Shown: positions 10,566 to 22,405 of the stretch, piece by piece
Position numbering within the stretch: the first letter of the stretch is position 1
How the letters are laid out: every line of letters starts with the position of its first letter
Assembly: GCA_052146595.1 (NCBI GenBank)
Contig: JBKQMT010000038.1
Coordinates: 5,893 to 69,892, forward strand
Direction of reading: 5' to 3'
Source of the DNA: Acidimicrobiales bacterium
GTDB lineage: Bacteria > Actinomycetota > Acidimicrobiia > Acidimicrobiales > Bog-793
DNA length: 64,000 nucleotides
Position numbers and translations under genes: made by a program
Notes under the pieces: model-generated
Database searches by the model: none
Seen by the model: only the letters and a program-made list of their open reading frames with translations
Told to the model about the DNA's origin: nothing

Positions 10566-11881
10566 CCATGCCCACCGTCGAGCCATCTGGCGCGAGCGCC
10601 TTCCTGCCGGGAGCGCTCGCCTCGGACCCTGAGCTTCACGCGTTGCTCGAGCGCGAGATCGAGCGGCAGCGGACCAACCTTCAGTTGATCGCATCGGAGA
10701 ACTTCACGTCTCCCGCGGTGCTCGCCGCGACGGCCTCGGTACTGACCAACAAGTACTCCGAGGGCTACCCGGGACGGCGCTATTACGGCGGGAACGTCGT
10801 CGCCGACCAGGTGGAGGACATGGCCCGGGCGCGGGCGACCGAGCTCTTCGGCGCCGAGCACGCCAACGTCCAGCCGCACGCCGGCGCGAACGCGAACCTG
10901 GCGGCTTACCTCGCGCTCGTAGAGCCGGGGGACACGATCCTCGCCATGCGCCTCGACCAGGGTGGGCACCTCACCCACGGCTCGCCCGTCAGCATCACAG
11001 GGAAGCTCTACCGCTTCGTCGCCTACGGGGTCACGCCCGCGGCCGCTGACGGCTCGGGCGAACGGATCGACCTGGACATGGTCCGCGACCTCGCCAAACG
11101 CGAGCGGCCGCGGCTCATCGTCGCAGGGGCGACCGCCTACTCGCGGGCGATCGACCCGCAGCCGTTCCGGGAGATCGCCGACGAGGTCGGCGCCCGCTTC
11201 ATGTTCGACGCCGCCCACCCGGCCGGGCTCATCGCCGGCAAGGTCCACCCCAACCCGGTCGGCGTGGCGGACGTTGTGACCTTCACCACCCACAAGACGC
11301 TGCGCGGCCCGCGGGGCGGGGCCATCTTGTGTGGCGCCGACCTGGCGAAATCGGTCGACTCTGCCGTCTTCCCGGGGCTGCAGGGGGGACCGCTCGAGCA
11401 CGTGATCGCGGCCAAGGCCGTGGCTTTCGGCGAGGCCCTCAAGCCCGAGTTCCGCGAGTACGCCTCCAAGGTGGTGCGCAACGCGGCGGCGCTGGCCGAG
11501 GCTCTGACCGCGCAAGGGTTCCGGCTCGTTGCCGGGGGGACCGACAACCATCTCGTGCTCGTTGACCTGCGGACCTTCGAGGAGGAGCTCACCGGCAAGG
11601 TCGCCCAGGACGTGTTGGACCGGACCGGGATCACCTGCAACCGCAATGCCATCCCGAACGACCCCCGGCCTCCTTTCGTGGCGAGCGGCCTGCGGCTCGG
11701 CTCGGCGGCGGAGACCACCGCCGGCCTCGGCGAGGTCGAGATGGTCGAGGTTGCCTCGCTCATCGCCCGGGCCCTGCGCGGGCGCGAGGACGAGGACGAG
11801 CTGGCTTCGGTCCGCGGCGAGGTGAACGAGCTTTGCCGCCGGTTCGACCCCTACCCGGGCGGCGTCGCGTCGGCGGGATGA
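10562..11881 (+). CDS. glyA: Serine hydroxymethyltransferase
   Basis: [22 protein letters not shown] and the PLP-lysine motif [12 protein letters not shown]. It overlaps the rpiB stop. Confidence 0.95.
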   Translation: MTMPTVEPSGASAFLPGALASDPELHALLEREIERQRTNLQLIASENFTSPAVLAATASVLTNKYSEGYPGRRYYGGNVVADQVEDMARARATELFGAEHANVQPHAGANANLAAYLALVEPGDTILAMRLDQGGHLTHGSPVSITGKLYRFVAYGVTPAAADGSGERIDLDMVRDLAKRERPRLIVAGATAYSRAIDPQPFREIADEVGARFMFDAAHPAGLIAGKVHPNPVGVADVVTFTTHKTLRGPRGGAILCGADLAKSVDSAVFPGLQGGPLEHVIAAKAVAFGEALKPEFREYASKVVRNAAALAEALTAQGFRLVAGGTDNHLVLVDLRTFEEELTGKVAQDVLDRTGITCNRNAIPNDPRPPFVASGLRLGSAAETTAGLGEVEMVEVASLIARALRGREDEDELASVRGEVNELCRRFDPYPGGVASAG

Positions 11882-11993
11882 GGTCCACACCCCTCCTCGT
11901 CGTGTCGCGGCAGTGGCAGGGGCACCGAGATGCGGATGGACCAGGGTATTGTCTTGCCGGGTCGGTGGTGGCGATGCCAGGATTGGCGACCGA

Positions 11994-12197
11994 GTGAGCA
12001 AGAAGCCCCCACCGAGCTTCAGCACGTTGATCGGCATGGGCATCACGACAGCCCTGTGCATCGCCGTCGGAGTGGGCGGCGGGTACTGGCTGGACAGGAC
12101 GTTCCACACCGGTGTGCTGCTCACGTTTGTTGGTTTGGGCCTCGGGGTGATCGTCGCGGTTGCGGTGACCTACTCCGACATCAAGTCGTTTCTCTGA
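11994..12197 (+). CDS. Small AtpZ/AtpI-family membrane protein (putative F0F1 assembly/ion-transport subunit)
   Basis: VSKKPPPSFSTLIGMGITTALCIAVGVGGGYWLDRTF...GLGLGVIVAV gives two TM helices with the typical G-rich/WLD signature, directly upstream of the atp genes. The GTG 11994 start is a guess; the track ORF starts at 11913. Confidence 0.6.
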   Translation: MSKKPPPSFSTLIGMGITTALCIAVGVGGGYWLDRTFHTGVLLTFVGLGLGVIVAVAVTYSDIKSFL

Positions 12198-12261
12198 GAG
12201 CCAGCAGCGTGGCCGGCCCCAGGCGGTCACACTGCTGTCCCAGAGACGATCGAGAAGAGGC

Positions 12262-12678
12262 ATGGAGCGACTCGCAGCAGTACTGGGACAGCTTGACCTG
12301 CCGGAGATCTCGCGGATGCTCCGGCGCACGGTGTTCGCCGCCGTCGGCGTCGGCGTCGTCGCGCTCGTGGTCCTGTCGCTCGTCGGTTACCCGCTGGGTG
12401 GCCTGGGCGCCTGCATAGGCCTCGGCCTCGGGATCGTGAACATCCGCCTCGTGATGTCGACAGCCTCCCGTCTCAACGCCTCCGGCTCCACCAAGATCAA
12501 GCGCCCCATGGCGATGAACACCCTGGCCCGGCTCGCCCTCACGACGGTGATCGCGATCGCCCTCGTGGTGGTCAACCTCCCGCTCGGCATGGGCGTGCTC
12601 GGCGGCGTCGCCGTGTTCTACCTCCTGTTCGTCGTGAGCCTGGTGGTCACCTTGCTCCGCCAGGGGGCGGTCACGTGA
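12262..12678 (+). CDS. atpI: ATP synthase protein I (AtpI-like, 4 TM)
   Basis: 138-aa hydrophobic protein immediately before, and overlapping, atpB. The call rests on position and topology only. Confidence 0.6.
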   Translation: MERLAAVLGQLDLPEISRMLRRTVFAAVGVGVVALVVLSLVGYPLGGLGACIGLGLGIVNIRLVMSTASRLNASGSTKIKRPMAMNTLARLALTTVIAIALVVVNLPLGMGVLGGVAVFYLLFVVSLVVTLLRQGAVT

Positions 12679-13406
12679 CCTTTCTCGGATTGCTGGCCTC
12701 GGCGCGTCCCATCACCATCGGCAACGTCCCCACGATCAAGCTGCTCGGGCTCACGGTCAACAAGTACGACCTCCTCTCCTCTCTCGTCGCGGCCGTGATC
12801 GTGATCGGGATGGGGCTTGGCGTCAGGGCGCGCCTGACGGCCGACGTTCCCGGCAGGATGCAGCTCGTCTTCGAGGCTCTCGTCAATGCCGTCTCGAGCC
12901 AGGTCGAGTCGACCATCGGCCCGAGGGGGCGGCGCATCGTTCCGCTCGCGATGACGTTGTTCCTCTACATCCTGATCTGCAACTGGCTCGAGATGATCCC
13001 GTCGGGTCACAATCCGCAGTACCTGCCGGCTCCGACCGGGGACGTGAACCTGACCTACGCCATGGCGCTCACCGTGATCCTGCTCGTGCACGCGACCTGG
13101 ATCCGGACGAAGGGGTTGGGTAACTACATCGGCCATTACTTCCGGCCCTACAAGGTGCTCTTCCCGATCAACGTGATCGAGGAGATCGCCAAGCCTCTGA
13201 CCCTCGCCCTCCGACTCTTCGGCAACATCTTCTCCGGCGGGATCATGGTGCTGCTGATCTGGGCGCTGCTTCCCTGGTACATCGTCCCGATCGGGGACTT
13301 GGTCTGGAAGGCGTTCGACGGCCTGTTCGTCGCGCCCGTGCAGGCGTTCATCTTCTCGCTGCTCACGATCCTCTACTTCGAGACCGCCATGGCAGGAAAC
13401 CATTGA
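12675..13406 (+). CDS. atpB: F0 ATP synthase subunit a
   Basis: Contains the conserved arginine motif LALRLFGNIFSG and is a multi-TM protein of 243 aa. Confidence 0.9.
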   Translation: MTFLGLLASARPITIGNVPTIKLLGLTVNKYDLLSSLVAAVIVIGMGLGVRARLTADVPGRMQLVFEALVNAVSSQVESTIGPRGRRIVPLAMTLFLYILICNWLEMIPSGHNPQYLPAPTGDVNLTYAMALTVILLVHATWIRTKGLGNYIGHYFRPYKVLFPINVIEEIAKPLTLALRLFGNIFSGGIMVLLIWALLPWYIVPIGDLVWKAFDGLFVAPVQAFIFSLLTILYFETAMAGNH

Positions 13407-13495
13407 CAAGATCGACAAGCTCGAAGAGCGAGGCGCCAAGGTCCCGTGGAGCCTCGAGACATCTCCAACGCGCAGAAAGGGAGTAGGTAAACCCA

Positions 13496-13756
13496 ATGGC
13501 AAATGACCTCAACCAGGCGATCGAGCTTGCCGGCGCCATGGTCGGCGGCGGACTGGCCCTTGGCGGCGGCGCCATCGGCGCTGCCATCGGCGACGGCTTG
13601 GCCGGAAGCCAGACGATCGCCGGAGTCGCCCGCCAGCCCGAGGCGCAGGGCCGGTTGTTCACGATCATGTTCATCATCGTCGGTCTCGTCGAGGCCATGT
13701 ACTTCATCAACCTCGTGTTCATGGTCCTGTTCGTCTTCGTCCTCGCCAAGAAGTAG
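13496..13756 (+). CDS. atpE: F0 ATP synthase subunit c
   Basis: 86-aa hairpin proteolipid with [10 protein letters not shown], the polar loop ARQPE, and a carboxylate in GLVEAMYF. Confidence 0.9.
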   Translation: MANDLNQAIELAGAMVGGGLALGGGAIGAAIGDGLAGSQTIAGVARQPEAQGRLFTIMFIIVGLVEAMYFINLVFMVLFVFVLAKK

Positions 13757-13774
13757 CGACGGAGGGCTTGCTGG

Positions 13775-14332
13775 ATGCTGTTTGCGAGTGGCGGGACGGG
13801 CAGTTCCTCCAACGGCGGGAACTTCCTCATCCCGAATGGCACCTTCGTCGTCGAGCTCGTCATCTTCCTCGTCGTGCTCGGCGTCGTCGTGAAGTGGATC
13901 CTGCCGCCGCTGCAGGAAGTGGCCGAGAAGCGGCGGCTGCGGATTCGCGCGGCGTTGCAGCAGGCCGAAGAGGCGCGCGCCGAGAGCCAGCGTGTGCTCG
14001 CCGAGCGCGACAGGTTGCTCAACGAGGCGCGAGCCCAAGCACGCGACGTCATCGACCGGGCGAACCAGGGCGCTGACCTGGCCCTCGGACAGGGTCGTGC
14101 TCGGGGCCAGGAGGAGTACGAACGGTTGGTCGAAGCGACCCGGCAGGAGATCTCAGGCGAGTGCCAGCGAGCCCGCCAGGAGCTCTTGGGCAACCTGGAC
14201 TCCCTTGTGGTGGCCGCCGCCGAGCGCGTGCTCGGCACCAGCGTCGACGCCGCCCGCCACCGTCGCTTGATCGACGAGGCGGTCGCCAATGTCACCGGGG
14301 CCGGAGCCGCCACGGGCGGGGGAGTGGTCTAG
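13775..14332 (+). CDS. atpF: F0 ATP synthase subunit b
   Basis: An N-terminal TM helix (FVVELVIFLVVLGVVV) is followed by a long charged helix rich in A/E/R. The operon position fits. Confidence 0.75.
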   Translation: MLFASGGTGSSSNGGNFLIPNGTFVVELVIFLVVLGVVVKWILPPLQEVAEKRRLRIRAALQQAEEARAESQRVLAERDRLLNEARAQARDVIDRANQGADLALGQGRARGQEEYERLVEATRQEISGECQRARQELLGNLDSLVVAAAERVLGTSVDAARHRRLIDEAVANVTGAGAATGGGVV

Positions 14333-14334
14333 CC

Positions 14335-14808
14335 ATGCTGTACTACCTGGCCGAGGTCCTAGGTTTCCTGCTCTTGCTCGCTTTCACCTACCGCTACGTG
14401 TGGCCCTGGCTGAAGAAGCTGATGAACCATCAGGCCGAGGCCATCCGGTTCTCCCTCACGTCTGCCGATTCTGCATCGGAGACCGGCCGGCGCATGCTCG
14501 ACGAGGCGCGTGCGGCCCTCGAGGCGGCGCGCTCGGAAGCGGTCGCCATAATCGAGCGGGCACATGAGACCTCCGCCCAACTCCTTCTCGAGGGGGAGCG
14601 GCGCGGGCGGGAGGAGCACGACAGGCTCGTGGCGAGCGCCGTGGCGGAGGCAGATTTCGAGCGCAAGCGCGCCCGCGACGAGGTCACGAGGGACATCGGC
14701 GCCGTCGTCATGGCAGCGACGGAGCTCGTCGTGTCCGCCGAGGTCGACGCCTCGCTCCAGCGGGCGTTCATCTCCGAGACGATCGATGCTGCCGAGGCGA
14801 TGGCATGA
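14335..14808 (+). CDS. Second b-type stalk subunit (b')
   Basis: MLYYLAEVLGFLLLLAFTYRYVWPWLKKLM... is followed by a charged helix. The ATG at 14335 lies inside track ORF 14161-14808, and the gene sits between b and delta. Confidence 0.65.
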   Translation: MLYYLAEVLGFLLLLAFTYRYVWPWLKKLMNHQAEAIRFSLTSADSASETGRRMLDEARAALEAARSEAVAIIERAHETSAQLLLEGERRGREEHDRLVASAVAEADFERKRARDEVTRDIGAVVMAATELVVSAEVDASLQRAFISETIDAAEAMA

Positions 14809-15743
14809 GGGAGCTGCTGCGCGGCTATGCGACCGCGACCTTGGAATCGGCTGCGGAGGCGGGGCGCGCCCGCCGGGTCGCGGACGACCTGAGCGCCTTC
14901 TCGCTAGCCCTCGTGGAGTCAGAGCCACTACGCAACGTCCTCACGGACGCGGCCATCCCGCCTCGCGCTCGGCGCGGCGTCGTGCACGACCTGCTGGAGG
15001 CAAAGGCCGCGGCCGAGGCCCAGGGGCTGGTGTCCTGGGCTGTGGCCGTCGAACCGGCCGACGACCTCCCGTCTTCGGTGTTCGAGCTGGTGGAGCTCGC
15101 CAACGAGACCGCCGACGCCGTAGAGGCGGGCCGGGCTCGGTTGATAGGAGCCGAAGAGCTCCTCGGCGGTCGCACGGCGGTGCGCGAGCGGATTCGCGGG
15201 TATGCCGACAGGCTGTTCCAAGAGACCGACCGGCGGGAGAGCATCGACGTGCTCGAGAACGAGGTGGTCAGTTTCGCGCGGGTGGTCGACTCGAGCCCTG
15301 CGCTGCGCCACGCGCTTGGCGACCCGAACCGTCCCGTGGCGCAACGGGTTGGTCTGGTCGCCGATCTTCTACGGGGCAAGGTGCAGCCTGCGACAGCCCG
15401 GCTCGTCGCCTACGTCCTCGAGGCTGGCCACGTCCGGGACCTTGTCGGAACCCTCGAGTGGGTCGCAGGGCTCGCTGCCGAAGAGCGCGGGCGGCGCGTC
15501 GCCGAGGTGCGCTCGGCCGTCGAGCTCGACGGGGCCGAGTACCGGCGCCTGGCCGAGGCGCTCGGACGCAGCGTGGGTCGCACCGTAGAGCTACGCGTGC
15601 AGGTCGAACCGTCCTTGATCGGCGGGATGGCCGTCGCGATCGGCGATACGGTCATCGACGGCTCCGTGCGCCATCGCCTCGACCAGCTCCGCGAGGCCCT
15701 GGCCCCCTCGGCGGCTTTTCAAGCTCTCGAGACTCGACCGTGA
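14805..15743 (+). CDS. atpH: F1 ATP synthase subunit delta (OSCP) with an internally duplicated N-terminal domain
   Basis: The C-terminal OSCP signature (SLIGGMAVAIGDTVIDGSVRHRLDQL) is present. The protein is 312 aa, against roughly 180 for a typical delta. Residues 5-80 and 130-205 align with each other (see findings). Confidence 0.8.
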   Translation: MRELLRGYATATLESAAEAGRARRVADDLSAFSLALVESEPLRNVLTDAAIPPRARRGVVHDLLEAKAAAEAQGLVSWAVAVEPADDLPSSVFELVELANETADAVEAGRARLIGAEELLGGRTAVRERIRGYADRLFQETDRRESIDVLENEVVSFARVVDSSPALRHALGDPNRPVAQRVGLVADLLRGKVQPATARLVAYVLEAGHVRDLVGTLEWVAGLAAEERGRRVAEVRSAVELDGAEYRRLAEALGRSVGRTVELRVQVEPSLIGGMAVAIGDTVIDGSVRHRLDQLREALAPSAAFQALETRP

Positions 15744-15806
15744 CCGTTCCCGGGCCCCTCGAACCGACCGTTCCACCCAGACGAAAAGGACAAAGGACTC
15801 CCACCG

Positions 15807-17420
15807 ATGCCTGAGCTCACGATCAACGCCGACGACATCGCCGCGGCACTGGCGCGCAACGTCAGCGAATTCACGGCGGGGACAGAGGTCGAGCAGGTTG
15901 GCCGCATCGCCGAGATCGGAGACGGCATCGCACGCGTCACCGGCTTGCCCGGCGCCACCGTCAACGAGCTGCTCGAGTTCGAGAACGGCACCGTCGGCCT
16001 CGCCCTCAACCTGGACGAGGAGTCGATCGGCGCCGTCGTCCTCGGCACCATGGAGGGCCTCGACGAGGGCCAGGTCGTGCGCTCGACCGGCAGGATCTTG
16101 TCGGTGCCGGTGGGCGACGCCTTGTTGGGTCGCGTCGTTAACCCCCTCGGTGAGCCGATCGACGGGAAAGGCCCGCTCGGTGACACCCTCGACCGCCGCC
16201 TCGAGATCCAGGCGCCCGGCATCGTCTCTCGCCAACCCGTCTCACAGCCCCTGCAGACCGGCATCAAGGTCATCGACGCCATGACCCCGATCGGCCGGGG
16301 CCAGCGCGAGCTCATCATCGGCGACCGCAAGACCGGGAAGACCACGATCGCCACCGACACGATCATCAACCAGCGCGGTGCCGGCGTGAAGTGCATCTAC
16401 GTCGCCATCGGCCAGAAGGGCTCGACCGTCTCCCAGACCGTCGCCACCCTCGCCGAGCACGGCGCCATGGACTACACCGTCGTCGTCGCCGCCCCCGCCT
16501 CCGAGCCTGCACCGTTCAAGTACCTGGCCCCGTACGCGGGATGCGCCATGGGCCAGCACTGGATGGAGAAGGGCGAGCACGCCCTGGTCGTCTACGACGA
16601 CCTTTCGAAACAAGCCGAGGCCTACCGTCAGATCTCCCTTCTCCTCCGCCGTCCTCCGGGCCGGGAGGCCTACCCTGGCGACGTCTTCTACCTGCACAGC
16701 CGTCTGTTGGAGCGGGCTGCAAAGCTCTCCGACAAGATGGGCGGTGGCTCGCTCACAGCCCTTCCGATAATCGAGACCAAGGCGGGTGACATCTCCGCCT
16801 ACATCCCGACCAATGTCATCTCGATCACCGACGGCCAGATCTTCCTCGAGAGCGAGCTTTTCTATTCGGGTGTGCGCCCGGCCTTCAACGTCGGGAACTC
16901 GGTCTCACGGGTGGGGGGCGCGGCACAGATCAAGGCCATGAAGTCGGTCGTCGGCACCCTCAAGATCGACCTGGCGCAGTTTCGGGAGCTCGAGGCGTTC
17001 GCGACTTTCGGCTCTGAGCTCGACAAGGCCTCACAGGCCCAGCTCGACCGCGGCTACCGCCTCACCGAGCTGCTCAAGCAGGGCCTGAACGTCCCCATGC
17101 CTGTGCAGGAGCAGGTCATCGTCATCTACGCGGGTGTGCGCGGGTACGTCGACGACGTGCCCGTCAGCGACGTGCAGCGCTTCGAGTCCGAGCTGCGGGC
17201 ATTCATGCGGACGCGCCACTCCGACATGCTCGAGCAGATCGCCGCCACCGGCGCCCTGCCGAAAGAGTCCGACCTCGAGGCCGCGATGGCGGAGTTCAAG
17301 CAGGGCTTCGCCTCTTCTGCCGGGTCGTCACCCGGTGGCGCGGACGAGGACGCCGCAGTGGCGGAGGCCACAGAAGCCGCCGCCGGGGCCCTGGTCGCGG
17401 ACGAGACCGAGGCAGGGTAG
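15807..17420 (+). CDS. atpA: F1 ATP synthase subunit alpha (with acidic/Ala-rich C-terminal tail)
   Basis: P-loop [20 protein letters not shown] and [25 protein letters not shown]. The protein is 537 aa. Confidence 0.95.
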   Translation: MPELTINADDIAAALARNVSEFTAGTEVEQVGRIAEIGDGIARVTGLPGATVNELLEFENGTVGLALNLDEESIGAVVLGTMEGLDEGQVVRSTGRILSVPVGDALLGRVVNPLGEPIDGKGPLGDTLDRRLEIQAPGIVSRQPVSQPLQTGIKVIDAMTPIGRGQRELIIGDRKTGKTTIATDTIINQRGAGVKCIYVAIGQKGSTVSQTVATLAEHGAMDYTVVVAAPASEPAPFKYLAPYAGCAMGQHWMEKGEHALVVYDDLSKQAEAYRQISLLLRRPPGREAYPGDVFYLHSRLLERAAKLSDKMGGGSLTALPIIETKAGDISAYIPTNVISITDGQIFLESELFYSGVRPAFNVGNSVSRVGGAAQIKAMKSVVGTLKIDLAQFRELEAFATFGSELDKASQAQLDRGYRLTELLKQGLNVPMPVQEQVIVIYAGVRGYVDDVPVSDVQRFESELRAFMRTRHSDMLEQIAATGALPKESDLEAAMAEFKQGFASSAGSSPGGADEDAAVAEATEAAAGALVADETEAG

Positions 17421-17424
17421 GCAC

Positions 17425-19898
<2,474 letters not shown>

Positions 19899-19906
19899 GC
19901 CGAGCG

Positions 19907-20518
19907 ATGGCGAACCTGACGCACGCCGAGCTCATCACGCCTGAACGGGTGCTGTTCTCGGGCGACGCCGAAGCAGTGGTGATGCGTGCTGACAGAGGCG
20001 ACATCACCTTTCTCGCGGACCACATGGACTACATCGGTTCGGTCGACATCTGCGTGGTGCGCATCCAGGGTGTCCACCAGCGCCCTTCGCCGGCCGAGGG
20101 CGCGGCACGCGAGGGCGGCGCAGCCAGGGTCGCCCCGCCAGACAGCGGCGACAGGGCCGGCGAGGCCACCCCGGGCGAGTCGGCTCCGATCGGCGACGTG
20201 CACGCGGCGGTGCACGGCGGCTTCGTGATGGTCGCCGACAACAAGGTGACGATCGTCTCCGGGGTCGCCGAGCTTGCCGAAGAGATCGACGTCGAGCGGG
20301 CGCGCCGTGCCCTCGAGACTGCCGAGGCTGCGGCAAGCAACCTTCCCGAGCCCGGAGCCGGGGGAGCCGGGGGAGGGGCCGATGCGGGCGGCACCGAGGC
20401 CCCGACAGCCGAAGGCCAGCCTGCCGGAGACGCCGCCGCCGCGGCTGCCGCCGCCGCCCGGGCCCGGGCGCGGCTGGAGGCGGTTGCCGAGCTCAAGGCG
20501 ACCTTGAGCCGCCTGTGA
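19907..20518 (+). CDS. atpC: F1 ATP synthase subunit epsilon, unusually long (203 aa) with two low-complexity inserts
   Basis: The N-terminal beta-sandwich (ELITPERVLFSGDAEAVV...GDITFLADH) and AVHGGFVMV...VTIVSGVAELAEEIDVERARRALE match epsilon. Inserts lie at about aa 56-96 and about aa 144-184. Confidence 0.8.
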   Translation: MANLTHAELITPERVLFSGDAEAVVMRADRGDITFLADHMDYIGSVDICVVRIQGVHQRPSPAEGAAREGGAARVAPPDSGDRAGEATPGESAPIGDVHAAVHGGFVMVADNKVTIVSGVAELAEEIDVERARRALETAEAAASNLPEPGAGGAGGGADAGGTEAPTAEGQPAGDAAAAAAAAARARARLEAVAELKATLSRL

Positions 20519-20563
20519 GGCGGATGCGCCCGGGCGCGGCCGGCGTGCCGTAAGTTCTGGCGC

Positions 20564-21397
20564 ATGCGCTTCGCCTTCAAGACAGCTCCGCAGAACACGA
20601 CCTGGGACGACATGCTGGCCGTCTGGCGCGCCGCCGACGACATCGAGTTGTTCGAGTCCGGCTGGCTGTTCGACCACTTCTACCCGATCTTCTCCGACCC
20701 GACCGGGCCGTGCCTCGAGGGCTGGGTGACCCTTACCGCCTTGGCCCAGGCGACGAGGCGCCTTCGCCTCGGCACGCTCGTAACCGGGATCCACTACCGG
20801 CACCCGGCCGTGCTGGCCAAGATGGCGGCGACACTCGACGTCATCTCGGGCGGACGCCTCGAGCTCGGCATCGGGGCGGGCTGGAACGAGGAGGAGTCGG
20901 GCGCCTACGGAATCGCTGTCGGGACGCTTAAGGAGCGCAGTGACCGCTTCGAGGAGGCCTGCGAGGTCATAGTCGGCCTTCTCTCGAACGAGGCGACATC
21001 GTTCCAGGGCGCCTACTACGAGCTCACCGACGCCCGCTGCAACCCGAAACCGGTCCAGCGGCCACATCCGCCGGTCTGCATCGGTGGCAGCGGTGAGAAG
21101 CGGACACTGCGCACCGCGGCGCGCTTCGCCCAGCACTGGAATTTCGTCGGCGGCCCGGTCGAGGAGTTCGCTCACAAGCGGGAGGTGCTCTTCCAGCACT
21201 GTTCCGAGGTCGGGCGCGACCCGGCAGAGATACTGCTGTCGAGTCATGTGCGCTTCCAGGACGGTCCCGCTGCCACGGCGGCGACTGCCGCTGCGCTCGC
21301 GGAGGTCGGTGCCGGGCTCGCCATCGTGGTTCTCCCCCCGCCGCACGCCCCCAAAGTGCTCGAGCCACTGGCGGAGGCCCTGGCGGAGATCGCCTGA
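20564..21397 (+). CDS. Luciferase-like monooxygenase (LLM) family oxidoreductase, probably F420-dependent class
   Basis: MRFAFKTAPQNTTWDDMLAVWRAADDIELFESGWLFDHFYPI, then ...GRLELGIGAGWNEEE. This is typical of the small LLM/F420 oxidoreductase subgroup. The cofactor assignment is from memory of the family. Confidence 0.7.
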   Translation: MRFAFKTAPQNTTWDDMLAVWRAADDIELFESGWLFDHFYPIFSDPTGPCLEGWVTLTALAQATRRLRLGTLVTGIHYRHPAVLAKMAATLDVISGGRLELGIGAGWNEEESGAYGIAVGTLKERSDRFEEACEVIVGLLSNEATSFQGAYYELTDARCNPKPVQRPHPPVCIGGSGEKRTLRTAARFAQHWNFVGGPVEEFAHKREVLFQHCSEVGRDPAEILLSSHVRFQDGPAATAATAAALAEVGAGLAIVVLPPPHAPKVLEPLAEALAEIA

Positions 21398-21400
21398 TTC

Positions 21401-22405
21401 GTGACCGCACGACGCCGGCTGACGGTGGCGCTGGTAGTGACCGGTTCGGTCGCCGACGAGATCGACGGCCTGCGCAGGGCCCTCGGGGCCAAGGCGCTGC
21501 AGCGCATCGTCCCGCATTGCACGCTCGTCCCCCCGCTGAACATCCGCCAGGAGACCCTCGAGGCGGTGCTCGAACACGTCCGGACCGCAGCTGAGAAGAG
21601 CTCGCCCATAGCCGTGGACCTCGGACCGCCGGCCACCTTCTGGCCGCGCACTCCTGTGCTCTACCTCGAGGTCGGAGGTGACCTCGAGGCCATGTCAGAG
21701 CTCCGAGGACATCTTGCGACCGGTCCCCTCTCCCCGCCGCCGGCGCGCCGCGAGCGCGGCTTCGTGCCCCATCTCACCTTGGACCAGCGGATCGAGCCCA
21801 GCCGGCTCACCCACGCCCTCGAGGCGCTGGCCGATTACCGGGCGAGGTACTGCTTCGAGCGCGTCACCGTTCTCGAGCAGGACGCCGACCACCGCTGGAG
21901 GCCGATGGCCGACACCGCACTGGCCAGGTCAAGGCTGGTTGGGCGAGGCAGCCTCGATCTGGAGCTTTCCGTGGTCGAGCATCCCGACCCTGTCATCGCC
22001 GCCTGGGCGGACGAGCAGTGGGACGGCTACAGGCGAGAGCGCTACGGCCCGGGAGTCGGTCCCTTCGCGCCCTACGCGATCGTCGCCAGGGTCGGCGGGC
22101 GCCCGGTCGGCTTCGCCGACGGCGAGGTACGGGGCCCGGTCTTGAGGCTCGGCCGGTTGACCGTGAGCCCGGAGTGGCGCAGCCAGGGCGTAGGGTCCCA
22201 TCTGCTGCGGGCCGTGGAGAGGCTGGGCCTCGAGCGGGGTTGCGCCCGCGTCCGCCTGGAGGCGCTCGCCGGCGAGCGGGCACAGCGCTTCTACTCCGAG
22301 CGCGGCTACGCAGCCGTCGCGCTCCTCCCCCGCTGGACCGAGGAGCGCGACTTCGTCCTCATGGAGCGCGAGCTCACTCTGCCGGCAGCCCCGCCCCGCC
22401 CGTGA
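21401..22405 (+). CDS. Fusion protein: N-terminal 2H phosphoesterase (LigT/2'-5' RNA ligase-like) plus C-terminal GNAT acetyltransferase
   Basis: Two HxTx motifs (PHCTLVPP and PHLTLDQR) in the first roughly 175 aa. The C-terminus has the GNAT A-motif RSQGVGSHLLRAVERLGLERGC...FYSERGY. Confidence 0.65.
   Translation: MTARRRLTVALVVTGSVADEIDGLRRALGAKALQRIVPHCTLVPPLNIRQETLEAVLEHVRTAAEKSSPIAVDLGPPATFWPRTPVLYLEVGGDLEAMSELRGHLATGPLSPPPARRERGFVPHLTLDQRIEPSRLTHALEALADYRARYCFERVTVLEQDADHRWRPMADTALARSRLVGRGSLDLELSVVEHPDPVIAAWADEQWDGYRRERYGPGVGPFAPYAIVARVGGRPVGFADGEVRGPVLRLGRLTVSPEWRSQGVGSHLLRAVERLGLERGCARVRLEALAGERAQRFYSERGYAAVALLPRWTEERDFVLMERELTLPAAPPRP

Noticed and set aside
10190-12124. 644-aa ORF on the minus strand spanning rpiB, glyA and the atpI-like gene.
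   Set aside because: It is antisense to genes with unambiguous motifs (for example the gly[13 protein letters not shown]). Its translation is Arg/Pro/Gly-rich with no recognisable domain. It is a typical shadow ORF of a high-G+C genome.
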